Below the pieces are notes generated by a model, which did no database searches, was not told the origin of the DNA, and saw only the letters and a program-made list of their open reading frames with translations. 54,277 nt of DNA from Bacteroidia bacterium (lineage in GTDB: Bacteria; Bacteroidota; Bacteroidia; Cytophagales; Cyclobacteriaceae). Shown in pieces: positions 18,783 to 29,231 of the stretch. The stretch covers positions 1 through 54,277 of the forward strand of contig JAYVBN010000094.1 of NCBI GenBank assembly GCA_043750455.1, given 5' to 3'. Every line of letters begins with the position of its first letter. The first letter of the stretch is position 1. A program made the translations under genes and the position numbers.

Positions 18783-19127
18783 ATGAAAAGTAAAATGGTT
18801 TTTAAGATCGTAGCAATCATCTTTGGTGTGTTTGCGGTCATTTCGGTAGGGAAGGGAATTATGTGGTACAAATGGTCTCACCTGACCGTTCAGGAGAAGG
18901 CGACTAAGATCACTGAGCGAATGTCAAGCAAGCTTGATTTGACAGATGAACAGAAAGAAAAAGTGTTAACACTCAATCTTGAAAAGGTAGCCACATTTGA
19001 AAGTAAGGACTTCTGGAAGGGTCGTAAACACGGGCATCATGGAAAATCGAACCTGGCTTATCAGGAGTGGCGAAATGAAATGAAACAAATTCTCACTGAT
19101 GAGCAAGAAAGGAAAATGAAATTGTGA
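18783..19127 (+). CDS. Small exported helical protein with LTxEQ motifs (Spy/CpxP or DUF4890-like)
   Basis: N-terminal TM helix; LDLTDEQKEK and ILTDEQ motifs. Confidence 0.65.
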   Translation: MKSKMVFKIVAIIFGVFAVISVGKGIMWYKWSHLTVQEKATKITERMSSKLDLTDEQKEKVLTLNLEKVATFESKDFWKGRKHGHHGKSNLAYQEWRNEMKQILTDEQERKMKL

Positions 19128-19147
19128 AGTTGGTTGGAGGGAAAGTG

Positions 19148-19177
19148 AAGCGAGCGCAAAACAGCGCTCGCTTTTTT
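19148..19177 (+). terminator. Intrinsic terminator
   Basis: AAGCGAGCGC-AAAACA-GCGCTCGCTT followed by a T run. Confidence 0.85.
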
Positions 19178-19209
19178 ATTTAACCTGTATCTATGAAAAT
19201 AATTCTGAA

Positions 19210-20856
19210 TTAAAATATACCTGACCCTTTAGAGGTTATCTGCAACACATCACGGTCATGACTGTATTTTTCCACACACTGATTGTCGAAAAACATAGTT
19301 GCACCATTTGCTGCAGAATATTTTTGCCATACGGGTAAACCTTTGTGACCTGGATGGCCGGTTCTAGCAAAGTTGATCCAAGACTGACTCATTTTGTCAG
19401 CCAACATATAAGCATCCTTTCCACCTCCCGTCATTTCTTCACTTCTGCTTATGGTATTAAATACAAACGGAAGTTCCATACAATGCATAGCCTTGTATTC
19501 GCCATCAAAAATTGGAGACTGCCACGTGAACATATACATGTAAACTGGAGCTGCGCTATTCGCGGATTTGATATTTGCCTGTGTTACCATTCCGGGCCGG
19601 AACATACCATCAATGTCAATCAGATCCGTTGGTTTTGTATCATTTGGATATGCTTTTTTAACCGCTGCGATGTACGCATCTGTTTTATCCCCATATTGTT
19701 TCTGTAAATATGTGGTGACCTCCGCTAAGGAAGCTTTTCGCAAACCAGGATTTCGTAGCGATGGCATAAATTCATTTTTAGTAGAGCCGATCAAGAGAGG
19801 AACATTATCAGAGAGCGCCAATGCTTTTGGATCAGCTGGCTGATAAGGTAAGAATGCACCATCTAAGATGGGGCTCCATCCAAAACGAAATCCAGTCATA
19901 GGCTTTCCTTCGGCTGCCAATTGTTCGCGAACCTTTTGTAAAGCCCGTTGTCCGGCTGCTGCTAATTTTTCATATGGTACTTTTTGAATGGAATCGACTT
20001 TGGAAGGAATTAATCCTAATTCATTCATAACAGCAGAGCCAATTCTTTTCGTGATCGCCTGATCCTGGAAGTCAGCCCAGATGCCGCTCTCAACTATAGC
20101 TTTATGAAATAATCCTTTTGCAGAGGGGGAATTCATAAGCGTTGTTACTTTGCCACCACCACCTGATTGGCCGAAGATGGTGACGTTGTTGGGATCACCA
20201 CCAAAATTTGAAATGTTATTTTTCACCCACTCTAATGCGACTACTAAATCTAACATGCCAACATTAGGTGATGCCTTATATTTTTCTCCAAACTCTGATA
20301 GATCGAGAAAGCCAAGAATGTTGAGGCGATGATTCACAGAAACCAAAACAATGTCTCCTTTCTTGCTGATGCTCTCGCCATCCGTTGAAGGCAATTCTTG
20401 TGACGAACCTGCAGAGTAACCTCCACCGTGTAACCACACCATCACAGGCCTTTTCTTTCCATCATTGATTCCTTGTGTCCAAACATTTACGCGTAAACAA
20501 TCTTCGTTAGGATATCCCCAATCGTGGTGAAACAGGAACTCGCTTTCATCACCGACCTGAGTAGTGGGGTTCATTAAAGGGCAAACTGGTCCATAACTTG
20601 TCGAACTTCTTACACCTTCCCATGAAGTTGGTTTAACAGGTGGAGCGAATCGCTTTGCCTGTGCGTAGGGAATACCCTTATAGGTATACGTGCCATTGTG
20701 AACATAGCCTCTTACTTTACCGCTTTCCGTTTGGACAATCGCTACATCGGCACCAGTTACAATCGGCAATGTGGATGAGGTTGCCTTCTGACCAATTGCT
20801 GCAAATGGCAAAAGCGGGAGAATGAGAAAAAGAAATGTGTTACGTATTTTTTTCAT
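19210..20856 (-). CDS. Type B carboxylesterase/lipase, secreted
   Basis: EDCL, HGGG oxyanion motif, GQSGGG nucleophile, FGGDP; start at MKKIRNT (20856). Confidence 0.92.
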   Translation of the reverse strand: MKKIRNTFLFLILPLLPFAAIGQKATSSTLPIVTGADVAIVQTESGKVRGYVHNGTYTYKGIPYAQAKRFAPPVKPTSWEGVRSSTSYGPVCPLMNPTTQVGDESEFLFHHDWGYPNEDCLRVNVWTQGINDGKKRPVMVWLHGGGYSAGSSQELPSTDGESISKKGDIVLVSVNHRLNILGFLDLSEFGEKYKASPNVGMLDLVVALEWVKNNISNFGGDPNNVTIFGQSGGGGKVTTLMNSPSAKGLFHKAIVESGIWADFQDQAITKRIGSAVMNELGLIPSKVDSIQKVPYEKLAAAGQRALQKVREQLAAEGKPMTGFRFGWSPILDGAFLPYQPADPKALALSDNVPLLIGSTKNEFMPSLRNPGLRKASLAEVTTYLQKQYGDKTDAYIAAVKKAYPNDTKPTDLIDIDGMFRPGMVTQANIKSANSAAPVYMYMFTWQSPIFDGEYKAMHCMELPFVFNTISRSEEMTGGGKDAYMLADKMSQSWINFARTGHPGHKGLPVWQKYSAANGATMFFDNQCVEKYSHDRDVLQITSKGSGIF

Positions 20857-21034
20857 GGGATTAGATAGTTTGATAATGGATACTGCTGACTTCAATGTGT
20901 TGAAACTACACAATAATCCCTGAATGCAAAATACCTTACTACCAAATTATGATGAATGGTTTTAACGGAATTGACATTCCCATTTCTTAATGAGAAAATC
21001 AGAGATAATTAAATAACCTCCCAGGGAGAGTTCT

Positions 21035-21961
21035 TTATTTTACCATGGCGGTTTTGACAGTTTCGGCTACACCTTGTGAATAAGAAGTTGGTTTGAAATC
21101 GAAAGCTTTTTCAAACTTACTACTATCAAAAAGATAATCTGCCTCACTTTGGTAGAGCATTTCAACAGCTTCTTTTATGTTCGTGTCGAAAAGACCGGCC
21201 ATCCGGATCATCCATTTTGGCAACACCATATAATTTGGCTTGACACCAAATTCTTTGGCCGCCAGTTCAATGAATTGCTTTCCCGTTAACACGTTTCTAT
21301 CAGTTGGAGCATGCCAAACTTGATTGAAAGCTGATTCAGTATTACCCAATAGGGCAGTTGCCTTGCCCGCATCTGGCGTGTAGGAGAAGGAATGTCTCGT
21401 GTGGTCATTTAACATCCATTGTGCTTTTTTTCCGGCCGCCAGGTTCTTAAACAGCATGGCATCAGTAAAGCTTAATGGCGTATTCGGTCCATAAAAATCT
21501 GCACCCCGAACAATCATTGCTTGAAGATTTCCATTTTTTATTTCACGTAACAATGTTTCTTCAATCTTAGCACGCACTTCTCCTTTTTTACTGCATGGGT
21601 TGAATGGCGTTTCTTCATTGAACCAACCTGTCACTTTTCCGTATGGATATACATTGCTGAAGAACACCAGTTTTGTATTATGTTTTTTACAAGCTGCAAT
21701 CACATTGTTCATGACGACAGGCCATTGCTCACTCCATACTTTAGTACTATAAGGCAAGCCGGCAGTGAGATACGCAATTTTTGATCCAGCCACCGCTTTG
21801 TCGGTTTGCTCGGCATTGTGCAGATCAGCCGATAGAGTTTGATCAGTTGGATTAATCTTTTTTGGATTTCGACTTACCAATCTGATTTGATTTGTGTAGG
21901 CGGGCAATGCTTTAACAAGATTGTTTCCGATCACTCCGTTGGCTCCAAGGATAGTTTGCAT
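21035..21961 (-). CDS. NAD-dependent epimerase/dehydratase family protein
   Basis: ILGANGVIG Rossmann motif; DFYGP; YTPD. Confidence 0.85.
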   Translation of the reverse strand: MQTILGANGVIGNNLVKALPAYTNQIRLVSRNPKKINPTDQTLSADLHNAEQTDKAVAGSKIAYLTAGLPYSTKVWSEQWPVVMNNVIAACKKHNTKLVFFSNVYPYGKVTGWFNEETPFNPCSKKGEVRAKIEETLLREIKNGNLQAMIVRGADFYGPNTPLSFTDAMLFKNLAAGKKAQWMLNDHTRHSFSYTPDAGKATALLGNTESAFNQVWHAPTDRNVLTGKQFIELAAKEFGVKPNYMVLPKWMIRMAGLFDTNIKEAVEMLYQSEADYLFDSSKFEKAFDFKPTSYSQGVAETVKTAMVK

Positions 21962-22092
21962 AGGTTAGTTGGGGATTATTAACTTTAGTCAAAGACGTTT
22001 GACCAAAGTTATTATTTTTGATTGATACTTTTTTTTGAGGAGTGCCCCAAGGTGTACGACACTTTTGCAAGTTAGGCTTCTGCATGCGTAAG

Positions 22093-22243
22093 CGGGCAAG
22101 GGATTGCAGTGGAAAGCCTCCCGAAAAATGACAGGATAAGCTCCGTGTGTTGGGCTTGTGCCGAGCCGGATTAGCCTAACGGACAGATAGGCTTGGAACG
22201 AAAAGCCCAGTGGCCTTGCGTTTCGCTTGGCCATGCCCCCAAA
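22093..22243 (+). ncRNA. Structured GC-rich repeat RNA element resembling the Flavo-1 motif
   Basis: GGGATTGCAGTGGAAAGCC...GGCTTGGAACGAAAAGCCC core shared with 30997-31076; closing GGGCA/TGCCC stem; family name from recall. Confidence 0.55.
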
Positions 22244-22301
22244 TTACAAAACAGTTGTACACCCAGTCTCCAACCTTAGTAAGCTATCTTTGAATTTAAT
22301 T

Positions 22302-23462
22302 CTACCTTACTAATAATGGCATATTGGCAACCAATACCAGCAGGTCATCATCATTCACCTGCTTCTGTTCATCGGCAAGAAGAAGAAAATTTTCGTAAAG
22401 CGTGTTAAGTTCATCTCCTTCCACACGATAGCCTATTAATTCCACACGGTGCCTCAACGCAGCACGTCCACTTCTGGCCGTCAATACAATTGAGGAAGAA
22501 GGAACTCCTACATCGGCAGGGTTAATGATTTCATAATTTTCAGCGTGCTTCAGGAAACCATCCTGATGTATACCAGATGAGTGAGCGAAAGCATTTGCGC
22601 CTACAATGGCCTTGTTGGCCTGCACTGGCATGCGCATCATGCTAGAAACTAATTGACTGATATCAAATATTCGTTCTGATTTAATATTGGTGTACAAACC
22701 CAAATCTTTATGCACTTGAAGTACCATAGCAACTTCTTCCAACGAAGTGTTTCCAGCGCGCTCGCCAATGCCGTTAATAGTTACTTCCGCCTGCCTTGCT
22801 CCATTTGTTAATCCTGCAATTGTATTCGCAGTTGCCAAGCCCAAATCATTGTGACAATGAACAGAAATTACAGCCTTGTCAATGTTCTTTACATTTTCAA
22901 CTAAATACTGAATGCGCTTTCCATACAAATGAGGTAAACAATATCCTGTGGTATCCGGAATGTTCACAACATCGGCACCTGCAGAAATGACGGCTTCAAT
23001 TAATTGTCCGAGGAAAACCAAATCAGCGCGGCCAGCATCTTCAGCAAAAAATTCAACCTCGTACCCTTTTGCTTTCGCATATTTGACTGCCCAAACTCCT
23101 TGCTCTAATACCTGTTCACGGCTTGATTTGAATTTATGTTTGATGTGAACATCAGAGGAGCCGATTCCAGTATGAATGCGACCATGCTTGGCATGATGCA
23201 ATGCTTCAGCAGCAACATCAATGTCATCTTTCTTGGAACGGGTAAGTCCACAAACAGTAACATTCTTTACCGCTTTCGAAATTTCCACAACCGAAAGGAA
23301 GTCACCTGGACTTGAAATGGGAAACCCCGCTTCAATGACATCCACACCAAGTTCTTCGAGTTCTCTGGCAATGATTACTTTTTCTTCAGTTTTCAATTGA
23401 CAGCCAGGCACTTGTTCGCCATCGCGAAGGGTGGTGTCGAAGATTTGAATTTTGTTTGCCAT
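22302..23462 (-). CDS. leuA: 2-isopropylmalate synthase, short form without C-terminal regulatory domain
   Basis: [26 protein letters not shown]; only 386 aa. Confidence 0.93.
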   Translation of the reverse strand: MANKIQIFDTTLRDGEQVPGCQLKTEEKVIIARELEELGVDVIEAGFPISSPGDFLSVVEISKAVKNVTVCGLTRSKKDDIDVAAEALHHAKHGRIHTGIGSSDVHIKHKFKSSREQVLEQGVWAVKYAKAKGYEVEFFAEDAGRADLVFLGQLIEAVISAGADVVNIPDTTGYCLPHLYGKRIQYLVENVKNIDKAVISVHCHNDLGLATANTIAGLTNGARQAEVTINGIGERAGNTSLEEVAMVLQVHKDLGLYTNIKSERIFDISQLVSSMMRMPVQANKAIVGANAFAHSSGIHQDGFLKHAENYEIINPADVGVPSSSIVLTARSGRAALRHRVELIGYRVEGDELNTLYENFLLLADEQKQVNDDDLLVLVANMPLLVR

Positions 23463-23505
23463 ATGAATTACGATTATGGTTTCTTGATTCTAGATCTATA
23501 TTGAC

Positions 23506-24606
23506 TTATTGAACTATTGCGGTTACTAATTCACTTTCAAGTTGCTCGCATACTTTCGCGCCCATCTGTTGCGTGTTAAGTATTTTGCTCTTTTCTGTTT
23601 TACTATCAGCAATGTCAGTTGTTCGATAACCATTTTTCAATGTTTGCTGAACGGCTCGTATAACTGCTTCTGATTCTTTTTTTAAACCAAAAGAAATGTC
23701 GAGTAGTAATGCAGCTGATAAAATGGAGGCCAATGGATTCGCGATCCCCTTTCCGGTAATGTCGTGCGCACTTCCGTGAATCGGCTCATACAAACCAACT
23801 TTATCACCTACAGAAGCAGAGGCTAACATTCCCATTGAGCCGGCAATTTGAGATGCTTCGTCTGTAAGAATATCTCCAAATAAATTTCCTGTAACTACCA
23901 CATCAAAGCTTCTTGGATTCTGAATGAGCTTCATAGCAGCAGAATCCACAAACTGATGTTCAAGTTGCACATCAGGATATTGTTTGCCCACTTCCTGAAC
24001 GGTTTCTCTCCACAGTCTTGAGCTCTCCAATACATTGGCTTTGTCCACCGAAGTAACTTTTTTCTTCCTTGTTCGCGCTGCCTGAAATGCTTTGTGGGCA
24101 ATGCGTTCCACTTCATAGCGCTGATAGATCATCATATCATACGCAGTATTTCCATCATCTTTTCTTCCACGCTCTCCGAAATACACATCACCGGTCAGTT
24201 CACGAAAGAATAGAATGTCAGAACCTTTTAATATTTCAGGTTTAATACTGGAGGCTTCTAGTAGTTCGTCAAAAAGTTTAATAGGCCTAAGGTTGGCATA
24301 CAAGCCAAGTTCCTTGCGCATTTTCAAAAGCCCTTGCTCTGGTCTTACTTTTAAGGTAGGATCGTTATCGTATTTAGGATGACCAACCGCCCCGAATAGG
24401 ATGGCGTCACAGTTTTTCAGTTTAGTCAATGTTTCGTCAGGCAATGGATTACCGGTGGCCTCAATAGCGTCATGACCGATAACAGCTTCATCAAATTCAA
24501 ACGTATGCCCAAAGCCTTTTGCAATTATCTCCAATAATTTTTTGCCCTCGGTAGTCACTTCTTTGCCGATGCCGTCACCAGGGAGGATTACAATTTTTTT
24601 CTTCAT
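23506..24606 (-). CDS. leuB: 3-isopropylmalate dehydrogenase
   Basis: GDGIG, NLRP, VDKANV, NLFGDILTD, EPIHGSA. Confidence 0.96.
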   Translation of the reverse strand: MKKKIVILPGDGIGKEVTTEGKKLLEIIAKGFGHTFEFDEAVIGHDAIEATGNPLPDETLTKLKNCDAILFGAVGHPKYDNDPTLKVRPEQGLLKMRKELGLYANLRPIKLFDELLEASSIKPEILKGSDILFFRELTGDVYFGERGRKDDGNTAYDMMIYQRYEVERIAHKAFQAARTRKKKVTSVDKANVLESSRLWRETVQEVGKQYPDVQLEHQFVDSAAMKLIQNPRSFDVVVTGNLFGDILTDEASQIAGSMGMLASASVGDKVGLYEPIHGSAHDITGKGIANPLASILSAALLLDISFGLKKESEAVIRAVQQTLKNGYRTTDIADSKTEKSKILNTQQMGAKVCEQLESELVTAIVQ

Positions 24607-24614
24607 TCTTTATT

Positions 24615-24681
24615 TCGTTGTTTGTTGTTAGTTGATGGTTGTTCGTATTGCGACTAACGAACAACCACCAACGAGCAACGA
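24615..24681. repeat. Heptamer-repeat hairpin, copy 1 (leuD-leuB spacer)
   Basis: TCGTTGT TTGTTGT TAGTTGA TGGTTGT TCGT..TAACGA ACAACCA CCAACGA GCAACGA. Confidence 0.8.
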
Positions 24682-24684
24682 TTA

Positions 24685-25269
24685 TCAGTGTGCTAAATCA
24701 AATTCTCTAATCTCTTTGTTCAAACTCAACAGATAATCAATATCATCATATCCGTTAATCAAACACGTCTTCTTATATAAATTGATATCAAATTTTTCTT
24801 TTACTGCTCCGATCTGAAGGATTTGATTTTCAAGATCTACTATAATCTCGCTGGTTGGTTTTTCTTCAATGGCAGTTAGCAATTGCTTCAGAAATTTGTC
24901 CGAGACCACAATTGGCAATAATCTATTGTTAAGTGCATTATTCTTAAAGATATCGGCAAAGAAACTTGACACGACCACACGGAATCCAAAATCGTAGAGA
25001 GCCCAGGCAGCATGCTCGCGACTACTTCCGCATCCAAAGTTCTTTCCGGCCACTAAAATCTTTCCTGCATACTTTGGATTGTTCAACACAAAATCTTTGA
25101 CAGGATTGTTGTTGCTATCATAACGCCAATCGCGGAAAAGATTATCGCCAAAACCTTCGCGCGTTGTTGCTTTTAAGAAACGTGCCGGAATTATTTGATC
25201 GGTGTCAATATTCTCTACTGACAGTGGAACTGCGGTTGATTTTAATGTGGTGAATTTATCTTTGCTCAT
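24685..25269 (-). CDS. leuD: 3-isopropylmalate dehydratase small subunit
   Basis: [20 protein letters not shown]. Confidence 0.96.
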   Translation of the reverse strand: MSKDKFTTLKSTAVPLSVENIDTDQIIPARFLKATTREGFGDNLFRDWRYDSNNNPVKDFVLNNPKYAGKILVAGKNFGCGSSREHAAWALYDFGFRVVVSSFFADIFKNNALNNRLLPIVVSDKFLKQLLTAIEEKPTSEIIVDLENQILQIGAVKEKFDINLYKKTCLINGYDDIDYLLSLNKEIREFDLAH

Positions 25270-25279
25270 TTTTTCATTG

Positions 25280-25334
25280 TGGTTGTTCGTTGTTGGTTAT
25301 TCTCGATTAACGAACAACCAGCAACGAACAACGA
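25280..25334. repeat. Heptamer-repeat hairpin, copy 2 (leuC-leuD spacer)
   Basis: TGGTTGT TCGTTGT TGGTTAT..TAACGA ACAACCA GCAACGA ACAACGA. Confidence 0.8.
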
Positions 25335-25335
25335 T

Positions 25336-26748
25336 TTAAACCATTTCTCTTACATCTGTTACCCTTCCTGTAATCGCTGCAGCTGCTGCACTTAACGGAC
25401 TTGCCAAAAAAGTACGTGACTTGGGGCCTTGTCTTCCCTCAAAATTTCTATTGGAAGTACTGATGCAATACTTTCCAGCTGGTACTTTGTCTTCATTCAT
25501 ACCCAAACATGCGGAGCAACCTGGACTTCTTAATTCAAAACCTGCTTGTTCAAAAATTTTATCGAGTCCTTCTTTGCGTGCTTGCTCTTCTACTTGTTTG
25601 GATCCAGGAACCACCCACACTTCTACATTTGACGCTTTTGTTTTTCCTTTTACCATGTCAGCCACTAAACGCAAATCTTCGATCCGTGCGTTGGTACAAC
25701 TTCCAATGAAGACATAGTCAATTGCTTTTCCAAGGAGAGAAGATCCCGGTTCAAGACCCATGTATTCCAATGACTTTGTAAAAGAGGCTTGTTCGCTGAT
25801 TTCTTTTAATTCGCTCACAGTAGGAATACGATCTGTTACTTTCATACCCATGCCTGGATTCGTTCCATACGTAATCATGGGGGCGATGTCGGCAGCATCA
25901 AATTGTAAGACAGAATCATAAGTGGCGCCTTCATCGGTAGCAAGTTTCTTCCATTCGGAAACAGCTTTATCAAACTTCTCGCCTTGTGGGGCGAACTTTC
26001 TTCCTTTGATGTAGTTGAATGTCGTGTCATCAGGTGCAATCAATCCACCACGCGCGCCCATTTCGATGCTCATGTTGCAGATCGTCATTCTAGCTTCCAT
26101 GGAAAGATTACGGATGGCGTCTCCAGCGTACTCCACAAAAAAGCCAGTGGCTCCACTGGCTGAAATTTTTGATATGACGTATAAAATAATATCCTTGCTG
26201 ACGACACCCTTACCCAATTTACCATTGATCTCAATCTTCATGGTCTTGGGTTTGTATTGCAAAATACACTGAGTGGCTAATACTTGCTCTACTTCGCTTG
26301 TGCCGATACCAAAGGCAATGTTTCCAAATGCACCATGCGTGGATGTATGACTGTCGCCACATACAATGGTCATACCAGGCAATGTCAGACCTAATTCTGG
26401 TCCTATGATGTGAACAATACCTTGAAAGGGATGACCAAGATCATACAACTCAACTCCAAACTCTGTGCAATTCTTTCTCAGCGTTTCTACCTGATGACGA
26501 GATAATGCTTCTTTGATTGGAAGATGTTGATCCTTTGTAGGAACATTGTGATCGGCAGTGGCTGTTGTGCGCGAAGTATTGAAAACTTTTATACCTCTTT
26601 TCTTTAATCCATCAAATGCCTGCGGGCTTGTAACTTCATGTATAAAGTGCCGATCAATGAATACTGCATCGGGATAACCTTCTGCATGTTTCACTACATG
26701 ACTGTCCCAGATTTTCTCAAAAATAGTTTTCGGTTTTTGTACGCTCAC
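25336..26748 (-). CDS. leuC: 3-isopropylmalate dehydratase large subunit
   Basis: [37 protein letters not shown]; GTG start. Confidence 0.96.
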   Translation of the reverse strand: MSVQKPKTIFEKIWDSHVVKHAEGYPDAVFIDRHFIHEVTSPQAFDGLKKRGIKVFNTSRTTATADHNVPTKDQHLPIKEALSRHQVETLRKNCTEFGVELYDLGHPFQGIVHIIGPELGLTLPGMTIVCGDSHTSTHGAFGNIAFGIGTSEVEQVLATQCILQYKPKTMKIEINGKLGKGVVSKDIILYVISKISASGATGFFVEYAGDAIRNLSMEARMTICNMSIEMGARGGLIAPDDTTFNYIKGRKFAPQGEKFDKAVSEWKKLATDEGATYDSVLQFDAADIAPMITYGTNPGMGMKVTDRIPTVSELKEISEQASFTKSLEYMGLEPGSSLLGKAIDYVFIGSCTNARIEDLRLVADMVKGKTKASNVEVWVVPGSKQVEEQARKEGLDKIFEQAGFELRSPGCSACLGMNEDKVPAGKYCISTSNRNFEGRQGPKSRTFLASPLSAAAAAITGRVTDVREMV

Positions 26749-26776
26749 AACAATCGTTAGTTTGGCCTATGGTCTT

Positions 26777-26834
26777 AAAAATGAAAGCGCCCTGTTGTAT
26801 GGACGTAAATTTACGTGTACAACAGGGCGTTTTC
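26777..26834 (-). terminator. Leader terminator upstream of leuC (attenuator candidate)
   Basis: Minus strand GAAAACGCCCTGTTGTA...TACAACAGGGCGCTTTC then ATTTTT. Confidence 0.7.
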
Positions 26835-26888
26835 GAGTTTTACTTTTCGGTTACGAATATGCTAATTTTTAGCTTGAAGGCTTTCCAT

Positions 26889-26988
26889 TTATTCAAAAAT
26901 ATTTTGAAAACCGCTTACGAGTGTTAGTAGAATTTTAACACTAATGGCACTGCCTATGAATGCATTAAACGTTGAGGTTAATATTCAT
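26889..26988 (-). promoter_or_regulatory. Candidate leu leader-peptide region
   Basis: Open frame 26984-26889 contains ATT CTA CTA ACA CTC GTA (ILLTLV); the nearest ATG (26988) is one nt out of frame. Confidence 0.4.
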
Positions 26989-27059
26989 CAAACAAAAATT
27001 GTATGTTTATGGCTCTTGGTTTCTGCAGAGGATAACGAGCAAAAAATTCCCGGTAACCT

Positions 27060-27833
27060 TTACCACCACGGCAACGGCAACTTCAAGTCATTGACTGAAT
27101 CGATTACCATGTCCGGCTTAAAGGCGTAGCGGGAAAGAGTTTCTTTTTTTGTAATTCCACTTAGGACTAAAATTGTTTTATAGCCCATCTGCACACCACC
27201 TCGAATATCTGTATCCATCGTATCACCAATGATGGTTGTCTCTGCGGTTTCTAGCCCAAGTGCTTTGCGTGCAGAACGCATCATCACCGGACTTGGTTTG
27301 CCTACAACAAAAGCTTTTACGCCAGTTGCTTCTTCAATCATGGCGCTAGTGGCTGCAATACCTAAATTATCCCATCCTTTTTTCTTAGGCGATGGGTCGC
27401 GATTGGTGATCACGAATTTGGCACCTGCTAAAACCATGTCCACGGCTTTCTGCACCATCTCTAGCGTGAAATTTCTTCCTTCACCTAAAACCACAAAATC
27501 TGGATCGGAGTTAACAAGCGTAATGCCATTTTCATGTAGACTAGAAATTAATCCTCCTTCTCCAAGAACAAAGGCAGTACCTCTGGGTATCTGGCTTGCC
27601 AGAAATTTTCCCGTAGCCATAGCGCTCGTGTATACGTGATCTTCACTCACTTTAATTCCCATTTTATCTAATTTGCGCACAGCATCTACTCTGGTGCGCT
27701 GGCTATTGTTCGTCATGAACATGAATGGAATCTTTTGCTCCAGCAATCGCAAGATAAATTTATCTGCGCCCGGTATTAAAGCATCACCGCTATAAATTAC
27801 CCCGTCCATATCAATCAATAATCCTTGCGCCAT
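27060..27833 (-). CDS. HAD-IIA family hydrolase (NagD-like)
   Basis: DMDGV, TNN, GKPS, GDTMDTDI. Confidence 0.92.
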   Translation of the reverse strand: MAQGLLIDMDGVIYSGDALIPGADKFILRLLEQKIPFMFMTNNSQRTRVDAVRKLDKMGIKVSEDHVYTSAMATGKFLASQIPRGTAFVLGEGGLISSLHENGITLVNSDPDFVVLGEGRNFTLEMVQKAVDMVLAGAKFVITNRDPSPKKKGWDNLGIAATSAMIEEATGVKAFVVGKPSPVMMRSARKALGLETAETTIIGDTMDTDIRGGVQMGYKTILVLSGITKKETLSRYAFKPDMVIDSVNDLKLPLPWW

Positions 27834-27965
27834 TTGTTCGATGTTTAGGTAGACAAGATACTGCTTTTATTGAAGAGGTTTAACAATAAAATCAATTCAA
27901 TGGAATCGATTTAGGGTTTTGCTATTCTGTTCTGACTTGAAGAATCGGAATCAAAAAATTATTGT

Positions 27966-29231
27966 CTACACCAGATACTCAAACAAATTCTCGTTTTGAT
28001 TTACGAGCGTGTAGTTGAGTTTATGATTGTTCATCCGTTCAATCAAAGAAGAGAAGTCCTCTTTTGATTTTACCTCAATGCCAATCAAAGCAGGACCGGT
28101 TTCTTTGTTATGTTTTTGAATGAATTCGAAACGAACAATATCGTCATTGGATCCAAGAATATGGTTGACAAATTCTTTCAGCGCTCCTGGCCTTTGTGCA
28201 AAACGTACTATGAAGTAATGTTTTAATCCTTCGAACAACAGAGACCGTTCTTTAATCTCTTGCATTCTGTCGATATCATTATTACCTCCGCTTAGAATGC
28301 AAACTACCTTTTTGCCTTTCAGCCGATCTCCATATTGATCTAATGCCGCAATGGCAAGCGCTCCAGCCGGTTCAGCAACAATTGCATCTTCATTATATAG
28401 TTGCAGAATAGTGGAACTAACTTTTCCTTCCGGAACTAAAAGCATATCTGAGATTACGTCTTTGCAAATTGCAAAGGTAAGATCTCCCACTTTTTTCACC
28501 GAAGCTCCGTCTACAAATCGTTGGATAGAATCCAATACTACTGGCTTGCCGGCTTTTAGCGCCTCCTTCATGGAAGGAGCACCTTGGGGCTCTACTCCAA
28601 TAATTTTTGTTTGAGGTGAATAGGTTTGAAAATAACTGCCTAACCCAGCACAAAGTCCACCACCACCAATAGGAACAAATACGTAATCAATGTTTGATTG
28701 CTCTTCTAAAATTTCTTTGCCTACTGTTCCTTGTCCTTCCATTACTTTAATGTGATCGAAAGGAGGGATGAAAACGTTGTTATTTAGTTGAGCGTATTCC
28801 AAAGCATGAGCCTGACATTCATCAAACGTATCACCAACCAAAACAATTTCAGTATTGTTGCCACCAAACATTTTCACCTGGTTGATCTTTTGCTTAGGTG
28901 TAATGGCAGGCATGTAAATCACTCCTTTTATATTGAGGAGTTTGCAAGAAAAAGCTACGCCTTGTGCATGATTACCAGCGCTGGCGCACACAACTCCTCT
29001 ATTCCTTTGCTCTTCTGTAAGGCTTTGAATTAAATTATAAGCTCCACGAATTTTATAGGAACGAACAACCTGTAAATCTTCTCGTTTCAAATAGACCTCG
29101 CACCCGAATTTCTCAGAGAGCTTGCGATGAAACTGAAGTGGGGTTTTTAAAACCACAGGTTTCAACACTTCGTAAGCTGCGTTGATGTCAAGATTAAATG
29201 CTTTTGTGGATGTCATGACGGAGATGTTCAA
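27966..29231 (-). CDS. ilvA: Threonine ammonia-lyase, single-ACT form
   Basis: RSYKIRGA PLP lysine, SAGNHAQG, SGGNND; start may be ATG 29216. Confidence 0.94.
   Translation of the reverse strand: MNISVMTSTKAFNLDINAAYEVLKPVVLKTPLQFHRKLSEKFGCEVYLKREDLQVVRSYKIRGAYNLIQSLTEEQRNRGVVCASAGNHAQGVAFSCKLLNIKGVIYMPAITPKQKINQVKMFGGNNTEIVLVGDTFDECQAHALEYAQLNNNVFIPPFDHIKVMEGQGTVGKEILEEQSNIDYVFVPIGGGGLCAGLGSYFQTYSPQTKIIGVEPQGAPSMKEALKAGKPVVLDSIQRFVDGASVKKVGDLTFAICKDVISDMLLVPEGKVSSTILQLYNEDAIVAEPAGALAIAALDQYGDRLKGKKVVCILSGGNNDIDRMQEIKERSLLFEGLKHYFIVRFAQRPGALKEFVNHILGSNDDIVRFEFIQKHNKETGPALIGIEVKSKEDFSSLIERMNNHKLNYTLVNQNENLFEYLV

Noticed and set aside
21989-22234. 81-aa ORF as a gene
   Set aside because: Antisense to the structured repeat element; no recognisable motif
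26861-26873. GCTAATTTTTAGC as another SOS box
   Set aside because: Spacer is 3 nt rather than 5, and it lies in the leu leader
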